From Promethearchaeota archaeon (GTDB lineage: Archaea > Asgardarchaeota > Lokiarchaeia > Sigyniarchaeales > SOKP01), in contig JABCSY010000090.1 in assembly GCA_018238625.1 (NCBI GenBank), forward strand, positions 1-16,964: 16,964 bases of DNA. The letters run 5' to 3'. This document shows, one piece after another, positions 8,830 through 16,278 of the stretch. The position numbers and the translations under genes were made by a program. How positions within the stretch are numbered: the first letter of the stretch is position 1; each line of letters starts with the position of its first letter. Under the pieces are notes generated by a model. That model was given only the letters and a program-made list of their open reading frames with translations. It was not told where the DNA came from and searched no databases.

Positions 8830-8836
8830 GTAAAGA
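8830..8836 (+). repeat. Target site duplication, right (GTAAAGA)
   Basis: Immediately follows the terminal ACA and is identical to 7046-7052. Confidence 0.85.
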
Positions 8837-8877
8837 AGTAAATAAAAAGAAAATAAAAAGTTTAACAAATTCTATCT

Positions 8878-10167
8878 TTATTTTGGTGGCTTAATTAAGT
8901 ACGCTAGGATTGCTGATCCAACTGACATTAATCCCATTATAATAAATAATATCAAATAGCCCCCAAAAATAGTAACAAATAAGTTCACACCAACAGCACC
9001 AATAAATCCTGCGACACCATAAGCAGTAAAGACGATCCCGTAATTTGGACCTAAATTCTTTGAGCCAAACAAATCAGCAGTAGCAGTAGGGAATAAACTG
9101 AAATTACCTCCGAAGCAGAAATATATTGAACATGTTATTATAAGGAAATATATCTCATTTATGTTCGTTGTGAAGTATATAAACATTAAGATCGCTTGGG
9201 TTGTGAACATTATTAGCATTGATTTTTTATAAGTTATCATATCTGCTAATTTACCCCACACTATTCTACCCAATCCGTTGAGTAAAGCTGCTAAACTCCC
9301 AATTAACACGAAATCACTAGTTCCAATCGCATAAATGAAATTATCTCCAACATCAACAGATTTAGCAAAAGCAGCGTACGATCCAATTACTAATAGACCA
9401 GACATCGCGCTTAACGCAAAAGCTGTCCAAAGCATCCAGAATTGAGGTAATTTTACAGTTTGACCTCGCTCAAATTCCAACCCTGAAATTCCACTTTCTT
9501 CGGAAGGAGGTGGAGGTACCCACCCTACAGGCTTCCAACCTTCAGGAGGATTACTTAGAGTCATTGCGCCCCCAATAATAAGAACGACGTAAATTATTCC
9601 TAAAACAATAAACATCATTGGGATATTTTGCGAAACTGTAGCAACAAAGTTTAGATCGGTGGTTTCTAACCCTGTTGGGTTTGCTAAGGCTTTAATAACG
9701 TAGTTAAACACGAAGGCACCTGCTCCAAATCCAGCGACCGCGATTCCATTAATGAATCCTTTTTTATCTGGAAACCATTTACCAGCTGAAGCGATTGGAC
9801 ACACGTAACCGAAACCAATACCAGCACCAAATATAAAGCCATAAGTAATTAAAAACCCTATAAAAGTTGTCATAAAAGCGCTCGATATCAAGCCAATTCC
9901 AATCAAAATCCCGCCTAAGATCGCGATCTTTTTCGGACCGTATTTTTGCTGCAATTTACCCGCAAAAATCATCGTAATCGCAAAGGATAATAAACCTACT
10001 CCAAAAATATATACTGTAAGCTCTCTAGCCTCGCCTAAAAATGGACTGAGGAAGATGGTGAGCGTTCCCCAAGAATAGATCGTCCCTAATGCTAATTGTA
10101 TTAGTATGGCTCCTATAACAACGAGCCATCTATTTCTAACTTTTTGTTCTTTTTGTTTAGTCGACAT
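8878..10167 (-). CDS. MFS transporter, oxalate/formate antiporter (OFA)-like family
   Basis: About 12 TM helices. Motifs NRWLVV, LALGTIYSW, KWFPDKKG, NGLGRIVWGKLAD and DLFGSKNLGPNYG. The ATG at 10167 is preferred over the TTG at 10176. Confidence 0.92.
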   Translation of the reverse strand: MSTKQKEQKVRNRWLVVIGAILIQLALGTIYSWGTLTIFLSPFLGEARELTVYIFGVGLLSFAITMIFAGKLQQKYGPKKIAILGGILIGIGLISSAFMTTFIGFLITYGFIFGAGIGFGYVCPIASAGKWFPDKKGFINGIAVAGFGAGAFVFNYVIKALANPTGLETTDLNFVATVSQNIPMMFIVLGIIYVVLIIGGAMTLSNPPEGWKPVGWVPPPPSEESGISGLEFERGQTVKLPQFWMLWTAFALSAMSGLLVIGSYAAFAKSVDVGDNFIYAIGTSDFVLIGSLAALLNGLGRIVWGKLADMITYKKSMLIMFTTQAILMFIYFTTNINEIYFLIITCSIYFCFGGNFSLFPTATADLFGSKNLGPNYGIVFTAYGVAGFIGAVGVNLFVTIFGGYLILFIIMGLMSVGSAILAYLIKPPK

Positions 10168-10314
10168 TTTCTTCAAAATTAAGTATTTAATTAAGTCTAA
10201 AAATTATATGAAGAATAAAAACCTTTCATTAATAAAATATTGATGAATTTCCAAGTAGTTTGCGGAATTATAATTAAATTTTATAAGTCGCTTTTATAAA
10301 ATTAACGATGACTA

Positions 10315-10332
10315 AAAAGGAGTTTTTATATA
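10315..10332 (+). promoter_or_regulatory. Archaeal BRE/TATA promoter for the hydrolase gene (probably leaderless transcript)
   Basis: Purine-rich aaaaggag followed by TTTATATA (10325-10332), 23 nt before the ATG at 10356. Confidence 0.6.
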
Positions 10333-10355
10333 ATTATGAATCAGAGTATTAAAAT

Positions 10356-12053
10356 ATGAATAAATTTAATCTATCGAAAAAAAGAATCGCATTAACTTGT
10401 ATTTTTCTGGCTATTTTCGTAATTGGAACTGTTTTCATTTTTATAGTTCCTTTAAGCGTCAAAAGCACATATGGATTATCAACTCAAACAGACGATGGTA
10501 TAACTATTTCCTTTAATGTTTTTGAACCTTTGGACGGGGGATTGAACAAACCAGCTATTATAATTGGGCATGGTTCAATGGTAAATAAAGAAATGGTAAA
10601 AGGTTACGCCTTAGAACTGGCAGCAGTAGGTTTTGTTGCTGTACCCTTTGATTTCAGAGGGCATGGTCAAAGTACTACGGGTGATTCTAGCTTAAAAATT
10701 AACGATGTTATTGCTATTAAAGAATATCTACAAACTAGGGGAGATGTAGACATGGACTCATTAGGATATATCGGATATAGCATGGGAGGATTAGGACAAG
10801 AGTTAATACACAACGATACGGCATTCAAGTGTTTTATTGGAATTGGAACCTGGTTATATCCAGATCTAAGAAAAGGCAATTCAACCAGTCCTTTAAATGT
10901 ATTAATGATCCAAGCTTTATTTGATGAAGCTGTTGAACTTTCGTATCTAAAGGAGAGTTTAGCAACACGCGTGGGCATCCCTATTTCAAATGTGGATTCA
11001 AACAAAATATATGGGTCATTCCAACAAGGAAACGCATCAATGATTTACTTAGATGATAATAGTAATCACCTTACGGTCGCCTGGGACGAAGATTTCATTC
11101 GTGAAGCAAGAGATTGGGCTATAAACTCGTTTGATATCGATGTAGTAGATGAAACCTTTTACGTGAATGTAAGAGCTTTGATATTATTAGTACAAGTGAT
11201 TGGTGGCGTTGGATTTTTCTTCTTAATCGTTGACCCATTATCTAATTTGATTTTACAGTCTAAAAACGAGAGAGAAAACAAGGCAGAAATAAAACCCTAT
11301 AAAATTAATGCATCAGATTATTCAATTAAAAGCTTATCGTTTAAGTCAATAATATATTCACTGCTACTTGGTGTTCCAGGCGTAATAATTTTTATACCAT
11401 TTTTACTAATTTTACCTTTAGCCATAGCCGGGTTTGTTGTTGCTTTGTTATTTGGCCAAGCATTTGGATTAATGGTTTTATTGTGGAGAATAGGGAAGAA
11501 AGATGATTTAACTTTTAAAGACATACTTAAAGAACCTTTTAAAGGAAGAAGTAGATTTCTCAAGCAATTAGCATTAGGAGCAATATTAGGAACGATAATA
11601 TACCTTATCTCATATTTATCAATTGGGTTAAACTATTTAGGATTGTTTCCTTCCGTAACTAAAACCTGGACAATGCCAATCTACTTTATCATCAGTTTTT
11701 TCGTAATCCTAACTCTCAATTTAATGACTCAAGTGATAATTCAAAACAGGTTCGGTGACTCTATTAGTGATACTATTAAAATACTATTTTTGGGCTTTAT
11801 CCTTCCATTTCTGTATTATTTTGTATATCTATTACTCATCGGCGTTGTTATGAGAAGCTTATTTTACTTTGGAACTTTTATCCCAATCTCATTAGTGATG
11901 TTTACTCTAACATCTGCGGTATCTATAATAACTTATAGAAAAACCGGAAATATCATTACAGGGGCTGTGATAAACGCAATTATACTGACTTTCTTGATTG
12001 TAACCATGTCCACACCACAAAGTGGTTTTGAGTTCTTGACAGGCTTTTTTTAA
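10356..12053 (+). CDS. Alpha/beta-fold hydrolase with N-terminal anchor and polytopic C-terminal membrane domain
   Basis: HG oxyanion motif, DFRGHGQS and nucleophile GYSMGG, with candidate Asp (FDEAV) and His (SNHL). About 8 hydrophobic helices follow residue 270. Confidence 0.88.
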   Translation: MNKFNLSKKRIALTCIFLAIFVIGTVFIFIVPLSVKSTYGLSTQTDDGITISFNVFEPLDGGLNKPAIIIGHGSMVNKEMVKGYALELAAVGFVAVPFDFRGHGQSTTGDSSLKINDVIAIKEYLQTRGDVDMDSLGYIGYSMGGLGQELIHNDTAFKCFIGIGTWLYPDLRKGNSTSPLNVLMIQALFDEAVELSYLKESLATRVGIPISNVDSNKIYGSFQQGNASMIYLDDNSNHLTVAWDEDFIREARDWAINSFDIDVVDETFYVNVRALILLVQVIGGVGFFFLIVDPLSNLILQSKNERENKAEIKPYKINASDYSIKSLSFKSIIYSLLLGVPGVIIFIPFLLILPLAIAGFVVALLFGQAFGLMVLLWRIGKKDDLTFKDILKEPFKGRSRFLKQLALGAILGTIIYLISYLSIGLNYLGLFPSVTKTWTMPIYFIISFFVILTLNLMTQVIIQNRFGDSISDTIKILFLGFILPFLYYFVYLLLIGVVMRSLFYFGTFIPISLVMFTLTSAVSIITYRKTGNIITGAVINAIILTFLIVTMSTPQSGFEFLTGFF

Positions 12054-12224
12054 TTTTTAATTGACTATCTTTTTTTTATTTCTTATCTAAGTACCATAAA
12101 AATGTTAACCTAGACTTTTGATTAAAATCGATTGATAAAGATAAAAATCTTATAAATTATTGATAATATAATTAATAAAACTGGAAAGTAAATAATAATA
12201 ATAAAGAAAAAACTGTTGAGTTGT

Positions 12225-12590
12225 ATGTCGTCTATCAAAGGATTTTTATGGAGTTTTATCTTCTTGTTAACTTTTGGGATTTACGGTTCAATTCCATCTT
12301 ATGTAATAATTTCTTATTGGGAATGGCTCAACGCACTGCTGTATGCTGGACAACCTATTTATACACTTTCTTTATTTGTATTATTTTTATGGATCGTATC
12401 TCTGCTTGTTACTCTAATTTATATTGTGGCCACGATTCGCGCAATTGTCCAAAGAAAAAGCGAGGATTTAGGCATTCCTAAAGGCGTGAAGGGTTTTGGG
12501 CTTGTTTCGACTATTGTTGTTATCGTTTTTATGGTGGTATGGTACTTGCTTTATAATCAAGTTGCGTTTTTCTCCATGGTACCTCCATAA
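12225..12590 (+). CDS. Small membrane protein of unknown function (about 3 TM helices)
   Basis: Three hydrophobic segments, filling the gap between neighbouring genes. An alternative TTG start lies at 12216. Confidence 0.75.
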   Translation: MSSIKGFLWSFIFLLTFGIYGSIPSYVIISYWEWLNALLYAGQPIYTLSLFVLFLWIVSLLVTLIYIVATIRAIVQRKSEDLGIPKGVKGFGLVSTIVVIVFMVVWYLLYNQVAFFSMVPP

Positions 12591-12634
12591 AAAGAAGGAG
12601 TAATATTAAATTTTTAAATTTCAATTAAAGGCGT

Positions 12635-13819
12635 TTACAGGTTTATTGGATAGTTACCAAACTTTTTCGTTGCTTCAACCATCCAACGCAAATTATCAAC
12701 TTTTACAGTAGGGTGCATGTTAGCAGCGCTAACTACATATCCGCCACCGGGCCCAGCAGTTTTAATTGCGTGCTTAACTGCGGCAAAGACTTCGTCCTTA
12801 GTCCCATAAGTAAGATCGTGCGCGACATCTATGTTTCCAAAAAGACACAATTTATCGCCAACCTTTTTCTTCACGAGAGCTAGATCGACACCTGCCGTGG
12901 GTTCAAGACTATGCAAACCATCAAAACCACAATCTACAACGAAATCTAACAACGGGGTAACTTGACCGTCAGTATGTAACACGATTTTTTTTCCTCGGTC
13001 GTGAACAGCATCAGTAATCGTTTTATATGCCGGAAGTAATAATTCGCTGAACTTTTTTGGACTCATCATTGGACCGGTTTTGTAAGCTAAATCCCCCGAT
13101 TCTATAAACAGTTCAGCCCCAGCATCCATATACGCGCTATAACAGGCAGCAGTAAATTTAGCAATAACTTCGTGAACTTCTTTGATAAATTTAGGGTTTT
13201 TATGAAGCATTCGAGAGTAATAAGTAAAGCCCATGCCTTGCGAAGCGCTTTCAAAAACGCCCGCTAAGTCGTTGGTTACGGCAATAAATATTTTATCTTT
13301 ATGCTTCTTATTTATCCGGCGGAAGAATTTTTTAGCCATCTTAGTATATTTCTCAGTCATAGGTCCTTCTATGTTTTCTTTAGTCTCTTCCCATTTCTCA
13401 GGAGTATTCATAGTACCATATAAATAGTAAGGATTGAAGTTACCCTCGTTATTTCGCGCTTCCCACACACGTCCAAAAATGTCGTTCATTAAAAGACGGT
13501 CGTCGTTTGGATCATCAAAAAAAGAAAAGGGTAATATACCTACTTGCATACAGTCAAGCCCAATTGCCGCAGCTGCTTCCACGCAACGGGAGAAAACGCT
13601 TGTTTCTACGCTTTCTACTAGGTTACTCAACTCTTCTATCCATCCATCAGGGTTATCGCGCTGTATCTGTTCTACAGTGTCAAAATCGGTAATTTGCGGT
13701 TTTCCTAAGATTATATCTACATTATTCGCATCGATAAGAATGGTGTGGCACGGAACTCTATCTGGTTCTTCAATATTTAACGCAGCAAGAACTCTTTCTC
13801 TACAATCCATTTTTCTCAT
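12635..13819 (-). CDS. Uroporphyrinogen decarboxylase family protein (MtaA/CmuA-like TIM barrel)
   Basis: RERVLAALNIEEPDRVP N-terminus, GDLAYKTGPMMSP, LHTDG, LFGNID and GPGGGYVVS. The start may be 13810. Confidence 0.92.
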   Translation of the reverse strand: MRKMDCRERVLAALNIEEPDRVPCHTILIDANNVDIILGKPQITDFDTVEQIQRDNPDGWIEELSNLVESVETSVFSRCVEAAAAIGLDCMQVGILPFSFFDDPNDDRLLMNDIFGRVWEARNNEGNFNPYYLYGTMNTPEKWEETKENIEGPMTEKYTKMAKKFFRRINKKHKDKIFIAVTNDLAGVFESASQGMGFTYYSRMLHKNPKFIKEVHEVIAKFTAACYSAYMDAGAELFIESGDLAYKTGPMMSPKKFSELLLPAYKTITDAVHDRGKKIVLHTDGQVTPLLDFVVDCGFDGLHSLEPTAGVDLALVKKKVGDKLCLFGNIDVAHDLTYGTKDEVFAAVKHAIKTAGPGGGYVVSAANMHPTVKVDNLRWMVEATKKFGNYPINL

Positions 13820-13874
13820 TAAATTGTTTTTTAATATTATTAAATAAGATAATTGGATTCTTTTTTAAAAACTT

Positions 13875-13887
13875 AATTAGAAATTTA
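13875..13887 (+). repeat. 13-bp direct repeat AATTAGAAATTTA, left copy (other copy at 15000-15012)
   Basis: Exact match. The two copies bracket the entire fragment/TA mosaic between the UROD paralogs. The sequence is very AT-rich, so chance is possible. Confidence 0.45.
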
Positions 13888-13905
13888 GTACCATATAAAT
13901 AATAG

Positions 13906-14010
13906 AAAGAGGAAAGGGACTTCGTAAGGAAGTCGAATTATTATGAGCATGATTTAATTAAAGAAGATTTGCAGGAAAATAAGGTAATATTGACCTTTCA
14001 AAAGAGATAA
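13906..14010 (+). pseudogene. Possible start-less 3' gene fragment
   Basis: Open frame KEERDFVRKSNYYEHDLIKEDLQENKVILTFQKR-stop with no start codon. It reads like a natural C-terminus, but the family is not identified. Confidence 0.35.
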
Positions 14011-14026
14011 AATAAAAACGAGATGG

Positions 14027-14041
14027 TTCATTCTTATGGAT
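14027..14041 (+). repeat. Exact 15-bp direct repeat TTCATTCTTATGGAT, left copy
   Basis: Identical to 14804-14818, 777 bp away. It encodes SIRM of trpG on the minus strand. Confidence 0.9.
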
Positions 14042-14229
14042 TCAGGATGAAACTGAATGCCTTCAACGAGAAATTGCTTGTGTCTAACCACCATTATGGT
14101 TCCATCGTCAGCAGTTGCAGTGATCTTTAAGCTATGAGGAACGGTCTCTCCTTTTGCGGCCAATGGATGATACTTTATGACTTGTAGTGGATTTGGGTTA
14201 GAAAATATTCTATATAACTTCGTAAAATG
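14027..14229 (-). pseudogene. trpG: Internal fragment of anthranilate/aminodeoxychorismate synthase component II (glutamine amidotransferase)
   Basis: Reads PNPLQVIKYHPLAAKGETVPHSLKITATADDGTIMVVRHKQFLVEGIQFHPESIRM, matching the canonical RYHSL...GVQFHPES region. There is no start and no catalytic Cys region, and similarity stops at SIRM. Confidence 0.88.
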
Positions 14230-14520
14230 TTATTTATCAAACTTTAAAAGACGACTACCATGTATTATCATCTCAATGGTGATTGAATTATGAGATACAT
14301 AATAGATTATTCTATAACGCTGAAAAATTAATTCCCGATCATTTGGATCATCAGATTCAGGTACCTTTCGGCCTATTTTAGGAAAATCCTTAAGATATTC
14401 TATTTTTTCTAAAATACCCTTTATAAAATATTCTGAATAACCAGGTGAATCTTGAGAAATATAATTTACAATATTTTTGAAATCATTTTTGGCAGATTCA
14501 GACCATTTTATTTCAACCAT
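14230..14520 (-). CDS. Type II TA toxin, RelE/ParE family
   Basis: IKWSESAKNDF, YISQDSP, FPKIGRKVPE, RELIFQRYRIIY and IIHGSR, 96 aa. Confidence 0.93.
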   Translation of the reverse strand: MVEIKWSESAKNDFKNIVNYISQDSPGYSEYFIKGILEKIEYLKDFPKIGRKVPESDDPNDRELIFQRYRIIYYVSHNSITIEMIIHGSRLLKFDK

Positions 14521-14702
14521 TTTTCTGCCATATCTTTTACTTGTTCATGAGAATAAGTTCTACCTTGAGCAATATCTTCTTTAGCTTTTAAAAGCTTTTG
14601 TTTAACATAAAGATGATATATAATATCGTCTAATGTGGTATCTTCGGGTAATTCTTTAATAAGAGCTATAACTTCCTCTTTTAATGGATTAGTTGTTGTC
14701 AT
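14508..14702 (-). CDS. Cognate antitoxin of the ParE/RelE toxin
   Basis: 64 aa with KEEVIALIKELPED, YHLYVKQK and GRTYSHEQVK..KW, a pattern typical of ParE-associated antitoxins. It overlaps the toxin start by 13 bp. Confidence 0.88.
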   Translation of the reverse strand: MTTTNPLKEEVIALIKELPEDTTLDDIIYHLYVKQKLLKAKEDIAQGRTYSHEQVKDMAEKWLK

Positions 14703-14710
14703 ATGTTCTC

Positions 14711-14747
14711 ATTATTTAAATAATCATTCCAACTTATATAATTTCTC
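14711..14747 (-). promoter_or_regulatory. BRE/TATA promoter of the TA operon with palindromic candidate operator
   Basis: On the minus strand, GAGAAA (14747-14742) is followed by TTATATAA (14741-14734). A perfect palindrome ATTATTTAAATAAT (14711-14724) lies near the expected start site. Confidence 0.65.
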
Positions 14748-14760
14748 ATCTTATTTCAAA

Positions 14761-14817
14761 TTATAATTCTAAAAAATTCTTCAAGATTTGCATTCCATGG
14801 GGCTTCATTCTTATGGA
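14761..14817 (-). pseudogene. trpG: Displaced C-terminal tail of trpG/pabA
   Basis: Translates SIRMKPHGMQILKNFLEL-stop, the typical GxxILxNFL end of TrpG. It continues exactly from where the 14027-14229 fragment stops. Confidence 0.85.
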
Positions 14818-14818
14818 T
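14804..14818 (+). repeat. Exact 15-bp direct repeat TTCATTCTTATGGAT, right copy
   Basis: Identical to 14027-14041. The flanking bases differ on both sides. Confidence 0.9.
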
Positions 14819-14822
14819 AAAA

Positions 14823-14999
14823 TTATAAAACTTTACTATTAATTTCCTCAATCTCAATTTCATCATCTTGAGATTTAAGCATTTGTTTCATAATTTTAAA
14901 CCCAATTCCCATCTTCTTAATCCCTTGTATCCTTCGTTTAACTTCATCAAAGACCGTCGATAAGCTTGTTGAATTATCCCCGACTTTTCTCAAATTAGA
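14823..14999 (-). pseudogene. Probable 3' fragment of an unidentified gene (C-terminal part of ORF 14823..15077)
   Basis: The C-terminal part (VFDEVKRRIQGIKKMGIGFKIMKQMLKSQDDEIEIEEINSKVL) looks protein-like. The ORF's ATG lies inside the upstream UROD gene and its N-terminus is low-complexity intergenic sequence. Confidence 0.45.
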
Positions 15000-15012
15000 A
15001 ATTAGAAATTTA
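15000..15012 (+). repeat. 13-bp direct repeat AATTAGAAATTTA, right copy
   Basis: Identical to 13875-13887. Confidence 0.45.
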
Positions 15013-15048
15013 AAGATACTAATATTTTGTGGCAAATAAAATGAATAA

Positions 15049-16245
15049 TTAGTTAATAGAAATAGGATAAGTTCCATATTTCTTTAATGTATCGTGCATG
15101 GCTAAATAGTTTTCTAATTTAACAGAAGGATTAATACTATGTCCAGAACTTAGGATAAAACCACCTCCTGGAGCAAGCTTTTTGATAAGGTTTTTAGTGT
15201 AATTCTCTATAAAGATTGGCTCTTTATCGGCGAGATCTTGTGGAGAAACATTTCCAATAAATGTAACTTGACCAGAATATTTTTCATTGAGTTTAAAAAT
15301 GTCATATTCAGGATTTGCAGTTGTCGGTTCGAAAGGATGAAACGCATCAATTCCAATATTAACAAGATCTTCAAATATTTCTATAACGTCTCCACAGCTG
15401 TGTAACATCACTTTTAAACCTTCTTTATGTGCAACTTTACAACTTTCTTTTAACCAAGGAAGTACGTAAGTTCTATAGTTTTTAGGACTCATTAATAACC
15501 CCGATTTATATCCATAATCATCCATTATCATTATCGCATCGGTTTCTCCCCATTCGATAAAAGTTTTAACTAATTCTACCAGATGTTTACCAAATCTATC
15601 AAAAACAGCTTTGATCTTTTTTGAGTCAGTTAATAGTTTACTAAAAGTTGAAAACCCAAAAACTTGCCAGGTAGGTTCAAATAAACCCCATACAGCAGGG
15701 ATAATGAAAATTTTTCCTTGAGCCTCTTTTTCTGCTTTTCTCATTGCTTTAAAATATTTTTCTCTTCGAGGAGTGTTAACTTCTAAAGGCGGAAACGATT
15801 CAAATTCTTCAAAACTTTTAAATGCCCCACCCTTATAATATGCCATATCCATGCCATCTGAAGGGTTTTTTCTTACATCGAAAACTCTTCCAAATTCGTC
15901 AGTAAAATGCGTTCTATTACAACTTATAGGGAAAAGGATATAGCCTGTCAATGGAACAATTGCCAAGTCGATTCCAAGCTTTTTATACAAATTCACATGC
16001 TTATTGAAGGTAGTTTTAATGTAGGATCTTGTTTCCGTAGCCATTATAATAGTTTTAGTTAAAGAGTCTGTATCTCCTTGACATAGATCGTAAGTGTCAT
16101 TAAAACTTTTTACCATTCCTTGAAATACATAATTCTCGTTAAAGTGTTCACATATTTTGAAATTATCTATTGACATCTCAAAAGAGGGTACTTTGTCAGC
16201 TTCTTCAAAATTTAAAACCTTACGTATTCTTTCTCTACTATTCAT
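15049..16245 (-). CDS. Uroporphyrinogen decarboxylase family protein (MtaA/CmuA-like), second paralog
   Basis: MNSRERIRKVLNFEEADKVP, MDDYGYKSGLLMSP, LHSCG, FIGNV and APGGGFILSSGHSI. A GAAGGAG SD-like sequence lies upstream. Confidence 0.92.
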   Translation of the reverse strand: MNSRERIRKVLNFEEADKVPSFEMSIDNFKICEHFNENYVFQGMVKSFNDTYDLCQGDTDSLTKTIIMATETRSYIKTTFNKHVNLYKKLGIDLAIVPLTGYILFPISCNRTHFTDEFGRVFDVRKNPSDGMDMAYYKGGAFKSFEEFESFPPLEVNTPRREKYFKAMRKAEKEAQGKIFIIPAVWGLFEPTWQVFGFSTFSKLLTDSKKIKAVFDRFGKHLVELVKTFIEWGETDAIMIMDDYGYKSGLLMSPKNYRTYVLPWLKESCKVAHKEGLKVMLHSCGDVIEIFEDLVNIGIDAFHPFEPTTANPEYDIFKLNEKYSGQVTFIGNVSPQDLADKEPIFIENYTKNLIKKLAPGGGFILSSGHSINPSVKLENYLAMHDTLKKYGTYPISIN

Positions 16246-16278
16246 AATAATTCTCCTTCAAATTTAACCGCTTAAATT

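Noticed and set aside
10277-10303. Inverted repeat AATTTTATAA-N7-TTATAAAATT (and a 9-bp inverted repeat at 1065-1092)
   Set aside because: The arms are nearly pure A/T in divergent promoter regions. They could be back-to-back TATA words or chance.
1287-13847. Short antisense or alternate-frame ORFs (1287, 2212, 3301, 3596, 5358, 6210, 6418, 7662, 8036, 10667, 11318, 12221, 13233, 13434, 13507)
   Set aside because: All lie wholly or almost wholly within well-supported genes and have no recognisable motifs, so they are shadow ORFs.
13954-14163. 69-aa ORF as an intact gene
   Set aside because: The TTG start is internal to trpG similarity, and the sequence after SIRM is read-through into unrelated DNA. 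It is treated as a pseudogene fragment.
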